From: Utricularia gibba
Lineage: Eukaryota; Plantae; Magnoliophyta
Length of the DNA: 64,000 nucleotides
NCBI GenBank assembly: GCA_002189035.1
Contig: CM007990.1
Coordinates: 2,294,001-2,358,000 of the forward strand
Direction: 5' to 3'
Part shown: in pieces, positions 1 through 13,283 of the stretch
Position numbering within the stretch: position 1 is the first letter of the stretch
How the letters are laid out: each line of letters opens with the position of its first letter
Program-made: the position numbers and the translations under genes
Notes under the pieces: model-generated
What the model was told of the DNA's origin: nothing
The model's database searches: none
Seen by the model: only the letters and a program-made list of their open reading frames with translations

Positions 1-1010
1 TTTGATTGTTCCAACTCTGAAAGCTTCCACTATATCTGTATTTTACTCCTGAAAAAACTTAGGATTGTAGCACACTCAATTAGCTCACAACAAAATTTAT
101 TTACACAATTGAGTAGACTGTTCACTTACAATTACTAAATTACTTTCTTTGTCAATGAGATTTATAATGTTTGTTCAGTTTATAAATATCTTTTGATAGA
201 GAAAACCTTTATGCCGTGAAACCTTTAGAATTTCCCATCTTTCAATGGTCACACATTTAGGTATTTCCACAACTCATGCTCCCCTTGTATGATATTCTTT
301 GCTTTGGGCACCCAACTCTCATGGTTTACATTTTTTTTATCTTTGACTTGACTTTCCAAGAGTTCACTTATCCTCAAATTGTAGCAAGCTAAACATGGTT
401 AACTTTGGAATTTCTATTGAGAACCTTTTGCCATCCTCGGAAAATGATCTCATGCAAGATTTTCATGATCATTCTATACAATCTTATCCTCTCCCTCATC
501 AAATACTGATGGGAGTAGAAGCATGAGAAGTTATGAGCCAAGTGGGAGCTAGAGTACCTCGATCGGGAGGGCATGAAAAAGGATGAAGGCACCATCATGG
601 TTATGCTCTCTATAGGATCTTCCCACGCTGTTGTGGCAAGGGTAAGGTTGGGGGAACTAACAAGGTTGAGTAAAAGGAACACTGGGAGTGAAACACCTAA
701 AGAGATATCAATTTTACTCACACGTTGAGATGGTATGGAGAGAAATGCTGATGCTCATGGACTTGATAGAGGTAGACATCTAGGAATTAGAGGTCATCTT
801 AGGTCTAGACTAACTTAGTACACACCAAGTGCAGATCATATATTGTGAATGTATCCTAGTGGTATGAGACAATAATGAGAAGTGGTAGGAATACAATCTC
901 ATGAGATGAACATGGAACCATCGACCTGCTCACCCCAACGGCACCTTGGCATGTCTTATGCTGGCTCATTTAGAAGCAAACAAAGTGGGTGGTGACTTCA
1001 AATTAGATGA
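1..1010 (-). mobile_element. Degenerate LTR-retrotransposon remnant (internal 3' region plus LTR-like sequence)
   Basis: Minus strand has a polypurine-tract-like AAGGGGGAG near 280-290 followed by LTR-like sequence running off the window edge. No intact domain recognised. Confidence 0.3.
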
Positions 1011-1229
1011 GATATTAAGGGACTGTAGGCCATATTTGATAATAATTTTAGTAATATTGAGATAATTTATACTAGATAAAAATTATCCCCCCACATAAGT
1101 ATATATTATTTTTTTATAGATGATGAAATAAGACATTTTTACCCTTCTACATTTTTTTTATCTAGGTAGGGTTCCTAGTTTCTATGTGAAATGAGGATCA
1201 CCAACACAAAGAATAACAATGGTCAATTG

Positions 1230-2270
1230 ACATTGAAAATTTGAAGAAGAATATCTTCTTATTATCGCTTTCAAAGATATTATCAACAATGGATGAAAGA
1301 GTGAAAATGGTTTCAAAAATGGGTATTATGTAGCTATTCCACACATTTCATTGAAGGTCAAGACGTGGAAAAAGGAATATTACATGATCACGGACATTCT
1401 TTCACGATCAAGAATGGATTGGAATAATGTAACAAGGATGATAGAAACATTGCATGAGATATGTGATGAACTGGTATTTTCTATGAAGCTTATTACTTTT
1501 GTTAGTTTGTGATTGTTGAGGATCTATTCCACTAATTATTTGGGAATCGTTGCTGATTTGAATTGATTTAGTCATATGATTTTTGCAATAGTTTTAGAAT
1601 TTATTCTATGCTAGATGCTACATTTTTTTATATATTACTAGTTGATAAGTGTTTGTGGAATGCTATCGTGAGTGTTCAATTTTGTTTTTAGGCAATCATC
1701 AAGTGATTGAAGGGCTTGAGAAACAAGGTGTGACCCTTTTATGAAGATTGGGTCTAGAATTTTGGAACATATCGTGCAACTAGATGAGATGGAGTTGCTC
1801 ATGAGGAAGCTGCCAACTGTGCATTCACTAAAGTAGAAGGCAATAACTAGCATGCCAATATGAAAAATGAACTAGAATAACTAACAACACAAATATAAAC
1901 TTTTGTTGCAATTTCGAAAGCCGAATCATCTACTCTTAATGATGCTGCTTCTAACAAGAGTGTAGGTCACACAAGAGGAAATTTAACAACAGACAAAGAG
2001 AGGATGAGGTTATTGGAGACCTTGTGGGGGGGGGGGGATTAAAAGTAATGCATAAAGGATCGGATACTATCACTGAACTTATACAACAAAAATTAGTGGC
2101 ATGTGCTAATCCTCAATTAAAACAACAAAAATGAACATGTTACTTGCACTCATATTGATAGATAGGTAAATCAATTTTCTTCTATTCAGCTTTTGTTGAA
2201 GACACTTGCAGATGTGCAATTGTTTTTGTGCCTCTCAGATGATGAGTACAGAGCATTATCCAATGATTGT
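1230..2270 (+). pseudogene. PIF/Harbinger ORF1 (Myb/SANT-like) relic
   Basis: ~1340-1430 translates PHISLKVKTWKKEYYMITDILSRSRMDWN, closely matching PHISSKVHTWKKDYYLLVDFLSRS of the ORF1 at 11757. 2193-2270 (LKTLADVQLFLCLSDDEYRAL) resembles the ORF1 C-terminal motif. TIR-like GGCCATATTTGAT lies at ~1027. Confidence 0.6.
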
Positions 2271-2431
2271 CAGGGAATATGTTTGATCAATGGTACAATA
2301 GTTTTTTGGGTACCATCATGTGAATATTATTCAGTCATCTGTAACACCAGCCTATCACAACTAGGATCATCATTTGAAATGGATGCACTCTTACACTTTG
2401 TATATTGAGGACTCCTTTGAATGCTTCCATA

Positions 2432-3471
2432 TGATAATATATATTTCGTATACAGGGATATTCAATAACACCAACCAGAGGGGGGACGCAAGGGGTCTTC
2501 TCTCCCAACGGGAGAAACACCGACCAGAGGGGGAAGGGAGGCCTTCATCATCAAGAACAGCACCGGAGCCCAGTCCAACACTATTTTTCCGGGCTGTAAA
2601 CAGTAGCCAGCAGGCGGAAAAACAATATCTATTTGCTTTCTGTTTTGCTGAACATTTCAAGTTTCTACATTTGACTTGTTTACAATGTTTCTGCCATTTT
2701 GGCCAACTTATATGAATGAAATCGTGTTTTATTTCCCAAGCATGAGTGGCTAGAGTCTTAGGGATGCCTTCAGGAGAAGTGGGTGGTGTGTGCTTAGGAT
2801 TGAGGATGAAATTTATGTGTATTCCTTAACTCTTGTTTCTAACAAACCATGGGTAGACCTAAGGAGGGAAACAATTAGTTTCACAACTTAGAAGCTTAGT
2901 TTAGAGGTAGACCAACAAACAAAGACGAGAGAAGTCGGTGTTAGTCCAGGGTAGAACCAGTAGAACCAGGTAGACCTAGTTGTATATACCTTGCATGCGG
3001 GTAGACCTAATTGCAATGTTGGTTATGATATTGAGGACTAGCTTAAGCCAAAAATATGATGAATGACCTGGGTAGACCTAGGTTATTCGAAGTTGTGAGT
3101 GTAGGAATATAGTAAATTAAGTTAGGAACCTTAGTATGACACCACCCGCATATCCTTAAGGCGTCCTCGTATTAGTCTGAGTCAAAACCAGTACTTGTTA
3201 CCTAAGCGTCAAGACCTGATATTGCTTACTTACCCTTTTTTTACTGAACTTGTTTACCACTGTTAGTCCGAACTTAGACTAAGACCTACTGTTATCCCGA
3301 ATTATGGATTTACTAGAACACTTAGAAAGCACAAGCTCTTCGTGATCGACCCCGACATCCATTATACAAGTTTTCTAAATTTGTATTTTGTGTAGATTAG
3401 GGACTATAAATTTATTTGATACGGATTTTCTATTTTTATTTGCTACGATATTAGGAAATTCCTGTTTATCA
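2432..3471 (+). mobile_element. LTR (probably Ty3/Gypsy), 5' end uncertain; same family as 61662-62838
   Basis: ~2610-3471 aligns colinearly with ~61985-62838 (e.g. GAACATTTCAAGTTTCT..TTGACTTGTTTACAATGTTTCTGCCATTTTGGCCAACTTATATGAATGAAATC). Both end GTTTATCA. No matching TSD found for the 5' end. Confidence 0.8.
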
Positions 3472-3699
3472 TAGTGCCAAGAGAAACTAATCTTTAGAAA
3501 TAAAAAAGGTTCACTCTACAGCAACTTGTGCTTGCATGTTTAGATAACAAAGTTTCAATCTTGGACACAATAGTTAACAAAAAAAACAAATAGGGAATGC
3601 CTATCTATTCCTATACTCATTCCACATAATTTTTGCAAGCTCATCATGGCATGTACACTACCTCAATAAGGTTTCAATAGTTGTTATGAACTCAACAGC

Positions 3700-4861
3700 C
3701 CCCACTCAGCATATTCAATAAAATTCTATGAAACTTCAGGTTGCAACGGATCATATGCCATATTCATTCCCATGAAATTGTGTAATAAAGTACTTTGGGT
3801 TTGAACTGGATAGTAGGACGCTAACTGAAGAATGGCTCACCATGCCTTAAAAATATCCCATGCTCACTCAATTACATTTCTCTCTAATGTGTATCGCATG
3901 TTAAGCAAGTCTTTCTCATTTTGAGGTGCTGAATTTCCTGTACCCTATTCTTTTAAATGATAGTGTACATTTCGATATAGAGCTGGAAAGCCATCAAATT
4001 GGTGTAGTCATTATTGCATAGATAGTAGCAACTTGCAAAAACAACATGAATCTACATAACAAAATGGTTCTCAGTCAAAAAAAATGGAAATTCACATATG
4101 GAAAAATGATTAAAAATCATACTAGCTTCATAACTAACCTCTACGCACTCGTAGACCACCAACTTCCCTCTACAAAGTGCTTTTCAGTATACGGCTATCA
4201 TCAGTCAATTCATCCCAACCAGCAAGTATGGAAATAAAATTAATTACATACAACTAAAACATTGAAGGCTATTATATCTTTTAGGGTTCAGTACTTTGCC
4301 TTATCAATATAGAACCCATCTAAAGCACCTAATAGTTACTAAGATAAATATTGCATAGCCAAAAAATGAACTACTATCTCAAAGAAAAAAAAACCTTGGT
4401 GTGGCATTAGCAATAGTGATAGGTTTCCCCTTAAGTAACACCTTATCATGTAGACATAAAACAGCTACAAGAATGGCCTTAAAGTGACACCTAATTTTAC
4501 AATTTGATCTCTTCAAGTATAACTTTTGAACTTGAATCTTCTTATGATGGGCTAAAATACCTACGAAAATACAAAATTTTTCACTGATAGTTGCATACAT
4601 AGAGTCACAAAGTACTGTGTAATCATGAAGTAGATAACACAATCATCCAAATACATCTCGATTCATCCTCAGTTGCTCCAAAGCTGTGTTGTTCATGTTG
4701 TTAACTAATTCGTGGAGATGTTCAATTTGTCTTGGAATTTTTGATGTATATGAGTATTGGCATTTATGGCTTGAACCACAAGAACATTGTTGGAGCAGCA
4801 TAGTTAGCACAATAACATGAGTGATTTCGAAATTCCTTTGCAACAAATATGCTAATGGCAA
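3700..4861 (-). pseudogene. PIF/Harbinger DDE transposase relic
   Basis: SKIPRQIEHLHELVNNMNNTALEQLRMNRDVFG and FCIFVGILAHHKKIQVQK...FKAILVAVLCLH match the transposase at 16989-18292. LLHNF-like C-terminal motif near 3770-3790. Many stops and frameshifts. Confidence 0.8.
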
Positions 4862-5049
4862 TAACTAAGCATTCTCATCAATTGAATCCATCTAAAAAAA
4901 TAGTTTTTCTACAATTAATTCATCACATATAATAATTAATGCATGAGAAACTAGGTGCTTACATGTACACATATGAGGAACAAAGCAAGCAACCAATTAT
5001 AAAAACATGTTGGATAACATATACTAAAAATTCAAACAATCGGAAAATA

Positions 5050-5372
5050 AAAAAAATGAATACATTTGCATTCTCTCCAAATGAGTAGGACACCAATTGA
5101 ATGCAAAGATTGTGCAATTGAACAATCAAAACATGAATACATTTGCATTCTCTCCCTTATACTTTCTTGCAAGAAGGCATGGGAATAGCTCGATGCTGCT
5201 CCTCCTTGGACGAACGTGAAGATAAGAGATCTTGCCATCGTACCTTCATGGTCAAATTGCGTGCGTATGCCCGAGTGTTGCCAATGACCCAATGAATTTA
5301 GATACGAGGTCACTATCTATCCATTGATCCTAAGGTACGGCCTCGGACAAAACGTTGTCTCCCTCCTACCAA
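5050..5372 (-). mobile_element. Internal fragment of the LTR family seen at 6048, 8673 and 14063
   Basis: 5230-5370 aligns with 6440-6590 (CCGAGTGTTGCCAATG..AGATACGAGGTCACTA..CCATTGATC). Confidence 0.75.
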
Positions 5373-7780
5373 ATGAACATGAGTTGGTGCTTCATCTAAT
5401 GTATAGAATAGATGAATTTTTCTAGGTCCCTTGTAGATATCTTCATAGATTCCCATCAACTCCACAATGGTGAACGAATTTAGCATTTCTTTTATACAAT
5501 GTGCAACTTCATGCAGCTGCTCTTCCACTCATGACTCGTGGCTATTTGAGAAGCTATAGCTTCAATGGCAATAGATGTGTGTTGTGCAATCATGGTTATC
5601 ACTTCCATTTTTGAATAAGAAGACATTCCTCGTTTTCTCTTGGTTGTGGGCTTCATACTCAACTAACTCTCAATGGGGCTACTACCATCCATGGTTGCTG
5701 ACTTGATAAAGGACTCATATGATTTGGGACGCAACGGCGAGGGAGAAGTATTCACTGTCATTCATAGACTCTATCTCTATATGTTTTTAAGAAGATATTT
5801 GTTTTGAAGCTTCGATAAGCTCTATTCACTATTACCATATTTTTTCAAAAAATTTTACACCTATATTCATAAAATGAAAAACTCTTTTCTTTCAAATTCG
5901 AAGCACAAAGTTGCCTTGACCAATAAGAAACAAACACATAGCTTCAGTATAACCATATGACAATATGCATGATATATTTTTGAACACCATGTACAACTTT
6001 CAAACTATATAACAACATCCTATATTATAATAATCATCCATCATAAATGATGCATGTCGTTTTCACAACAAATTTTAATATTTTTAAAACTCGTAAAACA
6101 CAAAAACATAGTACGGGTGTCGAATGCAGGGAGGTTTTTTTTAGTGAATGGTGAGGCTACACCAAATACAATTGTCACGATTTGTAAACGGTTTTGGAAG
6201 TAAATGTGCGAGAAACGTAAATGATGAAGCTTGAGCAAGGGGATAAGAGGGTTTTCAACAAACAACAGGAATAAACATAAGTGATGAACCTTAAATAAAG
6301 TGAATGTTCCTGGGTACGGAATCTTGTCTAGCTATGTTCGTTGCGTCTTCACTTTTCTATGATCTTCTCGAGTACTAGGTTATAAGGCACGAGAATAGCC
6401 CGATGTTGCTCTTCCTTAGACTAACGTGAGAATAAGAGGTCCTGCCAACGTACCCTCACAGCCGAATTGCACGCGTGTTCCCGAGTGTTGCCAATGGCCC
6501 AATGAGTCTAGATACGAGGTCACTACCTGTCCATTGATCTTGAGGTATGGCCAAAGACAAAACGTTGTCTTCCTCCTGCCAAAAGGGCATGAGTTTACGC
6601 TCTCCATCTTGCTCCTCTCCAAAACTCGTGGGTAGTGATTAGTTAACCATGAATCTTGAATAAAGAGACTGTTACAGAAAGACTGTAACATAGTCGCATG
6701 AAAACATACAAAACCCGTTCAGATTCAAGAAGAGTTGAAGATAAGCTAACGAAACATAGATCTAGGAGTATTCCAACCCTGAAACAGAAGTTTCTAGCTG
6801 CGAACGATCATACAAACTAAAGGAAACGAAAACAAGGTTCTCGAGAGAAGTTGAAGAAAAATCCTCCAGAGAGAGAAACAAAAGTCTAAAACTAAACTAA
6901 CTACTCTCTATCCAACGTTTGAACAAAACTAAACTTCAATGAGAGTCTAAGCTTTCATATCCCCTTGGTTCTATTTTGAATTGGTGTGACTTGCAAGCAA
7001 ACATCTGCTCTGACACTAGTACGCTAATGATATTGCCTGTTAGAGACTCCCGTGTTCTGCACATCAAGGCTCATGATTAGGCATATGCAGTCTTCCGGAA
7101 ATCAAGGGAATGCCAGCTTGGGAAGATCCAATTTGTCGTCATTTGCTGCCCTCTTTCTCTCACTTCCTGCCATGTGTGCACCTCTAGAAAAACTCAATTA
7201 AAACTAGCAAAATTATTAGATAAAATATAAGATTTAGGATAATTACCCTAAACTAGATAAAAAGCTAAATCTCATATTATAAACTCCTAATTAAACATTT
7301 CTAATCACAATTAAGCATAAAAACAACCTAAGAAATAGTGATAAATTGACACTTAACAATAAACTACCATATAATGCAAACAACTTTCAAACTTACAATA
7401 ATAATAATATAACAACACACAATCACAACATATAATAGTTAAAAATAATAGGACATAGCCACCACAAATCACAAAATACAATTTCAACATACACTATATC
7501 TTTTTAAATCTGCAATCTAACCTTACTAATTTCATCTCGTAGTTCGGGAATAGCATCAATCATATTGGTTATTTTATTCCATCCATTTCCACTTCTATTT
7601 AGCATCAATCATATTGGTTTTTCGACCTTCAACTTTCGAGTTTATGTAAGGAGTTTCACGTAGATTCATCATAGGAATCAATTCTCTTAAATATTTCATC
7701 AAAACTACATAAAACTCAGGTTTCAATCCATATGTTGTTTTTCAGCTTTTTTTTTATGCATTTCTTCAAGGCAATGATGA
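5372..7780 (-). pseudogene. PIF/Harbinger ORF1 (Myb/SANT-like) relic split by a solo LTR
   Basis: N-terminal part ~7540-7780 (-) gives LRELIPMMNLRETPYINSKVE (cf. PHISSKV). C-terminal part ~5372-5760 gives EEQLHEVAHCIKEMLNSFTIVELMGIYEDIYKGPRKIHLFYTLDE. Confidence 0.55.
6048..7358 (-). mobile_element. Solo LTR, 1311 bp (probably Ty3/Gypsy)
   Basis: Minus strand TGTTAAGTG...GCATCA termini with a perfect 5-bp TSD ATAAA (6043-6047 and 7359-7363). Homologous to 8673-9966. Confidence 0.92.
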
Positions 7781-8341
7781 ACCCAGGTTTATCCAACACC
7801 CAATACACCAATTGTATTGGTGGATAACTCATTTTTGTCATTTTGACTAACTCATTTTAGATTGCCCATGTTTATCCATCACCCAATACACCAATTGTTA
7901 AAGAGTAGAGCCAAATCCTTAAGGGCACATTTGGTTGGTGGATAACATCTAAACCCAGGTTAAGTTTATTTGGATTTAAATAAATAAATTTTATGAGTTT
8001 AGAAGATTATTTGTGTTTTGTTGATGGACTTAATTTATTTGGGTTTAAGATGAAAAGATGTTTGGAACGTGAGTATAAAATTAGATATATGATGAATTTA
8101 TTTATGAAATTACTTATATACCTCTTTCCGAAAATTCCCACCCCTTTGTATAACAATTCGTTTTCCTGCTTTCCCATTGACACCATCTTTGGGAGGCGGG
8201 CTGCTGCATCATTCCTTGTGTGTTGTTTTCCACTTGAAATCCATTGATTTGAGAATCGATTTTAGGGTTTACTTGTTGTTTGTTGTCGCTGGTTTTGCTT
8301 TGTTCTTCTTGCTTCATTTCCTCCAATGTAAACTACAGGTA

Positions 8342-8470
8342 TGCATAGCCCAAATATCGTCTAAGACTCCACTAAAAAAACAAAACGGGCCTGGAAGCTA
8401 GATAAGGAGAAGGACTTGTTGTATGCTCTAAGGCAAATAGTGAAAAAAGACTGGAAACTGGGTGCTTCTA
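8342..8470 (+). pseudogene. Truncated ORF1 (Myb/SANT) of the outer Harbinger element
   Basis: MHSPNIV*DSTKKTKRAWKLDKEKDLLYALRQIVKKDWKL, nearly identical to the start of the inner ORF1. The remainder is deleted. Confidence 0.85.
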
Positions 8471-8672
8471 CAATAGTTTTTTAAAGTTAGGACAAAGTTA
8501 GAATATTATGGTTCAAGCAATATCCTGAAAAATTAAAGCAACATGGTCTATGAAGCAATAACATTATAGTGCTTCCACAACGGGTGATCCTCATTTATCA
8601 AACGTTGATCTACTCGTTAGCGATTGAAGAATTTGGGAACATCCATCAGGTCAAAGAGCGCTTCTGAGAACA

Positions 8673-9966
8673 TGCTAAGTGTCATTTTCTAGTTATTTAT
8701 TAGGTATTATTAGGTATTAACCTAGTGCTAAGTCGCCCAATTAGGAGTCTTATTATTAAGTATTTGATTTTTACTAGGAAATCCCTATTTTCCTATTTTG
8801 TATATATTTTCTGTCTTTTTTCTCACACTTTGACCGAGACATGTCAGGAGACTGTCATGGAGTGTTGCAGGAGTATTGCAGGTGTTCAGACTTTGAGTTT
8901 TCGTGCCTTGTACGCGAGTTGGAACGATTGTGGGCGGAAGACTGACACTAGTCAAGGCCTCTGACTTACGGCATGTCAGAGTCTGCAGCAATGATTGGGC
9001 GCAAACTTGCACGCAAAGAAAAGCTACTGGCGCACGCAAGACAGAAGGAATGATGGGAAGGGGACCTAAAGGAGTTAATGCACGTGGGGAGTCATATAAA
9101 AGCCACTTGGACCACTTAGTTTCGGACTTTTTGCCATTTCCTTTCTAAACTTAGAACTTTCAAGTTCTTCCTCCCCTCAAGGAGGAAGAACACTTAGCTT
9201 CCTTTTCGTTTTTATTTCCATAGCCCTTTGTGGCTAAAACCCTTTAGTTTCTGGGAGAAGATGAAGTTTCCTTCCAAGTCTTGAGCAATACACTTGGTTC
9301 TTCGCTAAATTCAATTCGGATTCTGCATACTTCCACTTGCTTTGTTGCAGTCTTTCTATAACGACTCTTAGTCAAGGTCCATGAGTAGTTGGCCACTCAT
9401 CGCGGATTTTGTCGAAGATCAAGGTGAAGAGCACCAACTCCAACCTTGCTGGTTCGAGGGAAGTAGCGGATTGTTTGTGGCCTAGGTACCGCGACAGTGG
9501 ACAGGTTGTGACCTTGGACCTGCCACTGGCCATTGGCAACAGCTGGGCACACACACACAATTCGGTTTTGAAGGCAATCGAAGACAATCCTCTTGTCTTC
9601 CTAATCGTCCAAGGGGAATCACATGAGGCTATTCCCGTGCCTCCTTGTCAATCAGAGTGTAAGGGAGAGTAGGCTATTCCTTGCTCCTATAACCAGCTAT
9701 TCGGAAGAAATCAGTGAAAAACGAGGCAAGGATGGACAAAGGAAGGAGATGTAATCTTATTCCTAGGTACTGCGTACCGTAGTCAAGGCCCATCACTTAG
9801 GTTGTAATCTTAAAAACCCTCTTTTACAAAACCGTGACATTTTGCAGAGGTTTCTTACAAAACACTTTTCACGAAAAACAACTCCCTGTGATCGATTCTC
9901 GTACTGCGCTTTCTGGTTTTTTACGTTTTAAATATTTAAAATTTGTTGAGGAAACGACACGCAACA
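8673..9966 (+). mobile_element. Solo LTR, 1294 bp, inserted in the last exon of outer ORF3
   Basis: TGCTAAGTG...ACGCAACA termini with perfect TSD GAACA (8668-8672, 9967-9971). Confidence 0.93.
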
Positions 9967-11756
9967 GAACATCTTGATATCACCCCTCGAACTAAGGAAC
10001 AATTGTTGACCGAGATTTACTTGTAGGTGGTTGGGAATATAGTGTTCTTGGGCTGTCCAATGAAAGTATATCATCACCAAAATGTGATGGAGTGGCACAA
10101 GAGATTGGTGAGATACTCACCGGGTTGTGTAGTGACTTGTATAGTGCATCATCAATGAGTAATGCATTAAGATAATGATATTTGCCCTTAAACTCTGTAT
10201 TGGAACCCCAAATATGACTCAACATCTTCAACTTAATAGTGTTGTTCCTGTTGTTATGCACGGGATAACCAATGTTATATGTGTTGGATCCATCTCATTG
10301 GAAGACAAGCTTGCCAACAGCCTTAGGTCCTAATAACCACTCGATGATGTCGGCAACTGTTCCTTGAAACATGTTACCCAAAAAATGAAACAACAGCATC
10401 ATGCATCCCCGTCGCATAATCATTGTACAGACTTACCATCCTCTTGAAGATCAAATCGCGATGTCAAAAGTGTTCCATGCAAAATTGTATCAACTTTCAT
10501 GCTCTTGGTTGAAGATACACTACAAAACAACACAACTGAAACATGTTAATATTAAATTGATATCAAATTTGAGACAACTATATGGGGATGGTTGGCAAGG
10601 GTTGAATAAAGTACATTACCATTTCATCCATAAATGATGTCATCCGGTCTTGAAGTTCCCCACCTGATATCCCAAGGATACAAAATGTACGTGAGTATGC
10701 TATTTATATCAAATATTAATAACTTTTGTGGGGGGAGGGGGTGCTTCGGTCACAATTGGCTTTGGTGCATTAATGTTGCCATTTCGATGAACACTTTCAC
10801 CCTCTTCATGGATTACATCCTTTGCATCCTTGTTCGGTGACTTACATTGTCTACGATGCCAAGGGGTTCCACACCACATATGTTGTGTTCGAGGTACATT
10901 TATGAAAGATGGCAAGATGTCCTCAAGTGACTTCATTCTTCTAGAGAACAAATTCAAAAAAAAAAAAATTTCTCTACGCTTTAGCAAAACCTCCAAACCT
11001 ACAACAACAAGATAAAACAACATGCACGCACACAAATTAAGAATAATAAAGCACGTACATGTGATTACTTGATGGCTTTCCAACATTCTTTGGCACTATC
11101 ATTCTTATTGGCCATTCTAGATTATTTATTGGGCACACCCATATGAAATTAGTCCACCAATCATCATATGCGCTTCTAATGTTTGTGACGAGAACCACAC
11201 CCAGTTTACCATATAGAGAATAGTGGGAGCTTCCCTTGAGTTGCATGCATATGAAGACTGCAAAGAGGACTTGCATTTCCGGAGGTATATCCTCCTCTTG
11301 GTAGAATTGAAAAAATGTAAGAATATGGCCACGTTTGGTTGATGGATTTGGCCTACACCCAGATTTAGTTTATTTGGGTTTAGGTAACCTGGTTTTGTGG
11401 CTTTAGGGGGTGTAAATCGTGTTTGGTTGATGGGTTTATATTATTTGGGTTTACATGAACTCACATTTGGTAGGTGGGTATGAAATTGGGTTTATGTATA
11501 ATTTTCATGGGAATTACCAATATAGTCCTCCCCAACAATACTATTCCTCTTTATTACTGTTTGTTTTGCCTTTCGTCCACCGAATTTCACACTCGGTTGT
11601 CGCAGTGCTGCCGCTCGACGAGATCTCTCGATTTCACAAGTAATTGAGAGTGAAGAGCCATGGGTTAAGTCCATATTGTATACTCCCTTCGTTGCGCAGA
11701 GTTTGTCGTTTGAAATTCGTTGAATTTTGAGTGAATTAACGGTTTACTTGTTGTAA

Positions 11757-12600
11757 GTGCGCGGTGTAGGTATGCACAGCCCAATCGTGGTGGAAGACTC
11801 TCACAAAAAAACGAAACGTGCCTGGAAGCCAGATGAGGAGAAAGACTTGTTGCACGCTTTGAAGCAGATAGTGAAAGAAAGCTGGAAAATTGAGAATGGT
11901 TTTAGGGATGGGTATCACCACACGTTGGAGATAGAGTTCTTGAAACTCCGCCCTACAACCGACATCCGTGCACACCCGCATATATCTAGCAAGGTGCATA
12001 CCTGGAAAAAAGACTACTACCTCCTTGTAGATTTTTTATCAAGGTCGGACACTGGTTTCAGTGAGCTAACTTACACTGTAGACGCAGACGAGGAGATTTG
12101 GAAGGAGATTGATCAGGTACATATGCCCTGTTCTCCCTGTGTTATATCTGGTGCTTACCGTGTTATTATGTCAGCATGCATCCAGGCTGCGTGTCCTAAG
12201 ACACAAGTCGTGGCCGTATTACATGGAGTGGCTGGTAATCTTTGGAAAGCATCAGGCTATAGAAGATAATACGATGAGGTATGTAGCTGCGACATGGAGG
12301 AAATTGACGGAAGATGTTGGGGAGATTCTGGAAGTCTCTTCGGATTGCCCTCTAGACCCGGATAGCACTGCATAGGATATGAACTTCTCGTATGCTGACA
12401 CACCCTGTGACCAAATTGGTTGTGCTGCGGAGGGTGTGAACGTGACGCCTAGCAGGGACTCCAAGTCACACAACAACACCCACTCGTCGCGGCGGACTGG
12501 ACGAAGCGGTAGGGGACCAAGGGGAATCAATGATGATGTGCAGTTCATTAAAGAATGAAGGAGCTGAACGTGCGCACATGCGAAGAGCTACGTCACTTGG
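11757..12600 (+). pseudogene. Harbinger ORF1, Myb/SANT-like DNA-binding protein (Myb_DNA-bind_3 type), spliced
   Basis: KRAWKPDEEKDLLHALKQIVKESWKIENGFRDGY...HPHISSKVHTWKKDY...EEIWKEI, an intron near 12117-12185, then LRHKSWPYYMEWLVIFGKHQA. In-frame stop at ~12373. 3' end approximate. Confidence 0.88.
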
Positions 12601-13283
12601 ATTAACAATGGTTCAGTAAGCGTGGGAGTTGGTGAACAATCAGTGTCAGGCAGGGGAGATCATTAGAGGTATGCCATTGCAATAAACTGCCATTGAACGT
12701 TTTACTATAGCAGAGACGATTAGTTCCAACCCTGCGAGGTTGCGCTACTTCCTTGCCTCTAGAGACTGTGAAAGAGAGCTTATTGTGCATGGTTTAGCAT
12801 CTGAACGTAGATCTTCAATCTGTTGTGTGGTGCTCTGCCTTATGTTGGATTCATGCACTAGATGTATTTCATCTTCTAATCATCTTTTAAGCAAATATAC
12901 GGTATTTCACATGAAAATATAGGCGAAGGAGTACTACATGTAACTGGTATGAGCACTGCAAAGAGTAGATAGTGTTCTGACTTCATATGTTGAAGCACCG
13001 TCTATGAACAAGCGCGGTGTTTCATTGTTGAGCACTCTTCCGCAAACACGGTGCTGCAACTATCGCCACATTCAGTGCAGTGCTATCGAGTAGTGATGGA
13101 CTAGCACCGCGTTGGTGTTGCATATTATGAAGCACCACGTCTAGACACAAGGTTTTAAATCCAGTGATTGCACTGGATGTTACAACATGCGGTGTCATCG
13201 CGATCAGTGGTCGATCAAAAACTAACAAGGTCAGTATATGATAGTTCACACAAGATCCATGCAATTCAAAGGTGCAACATCGA

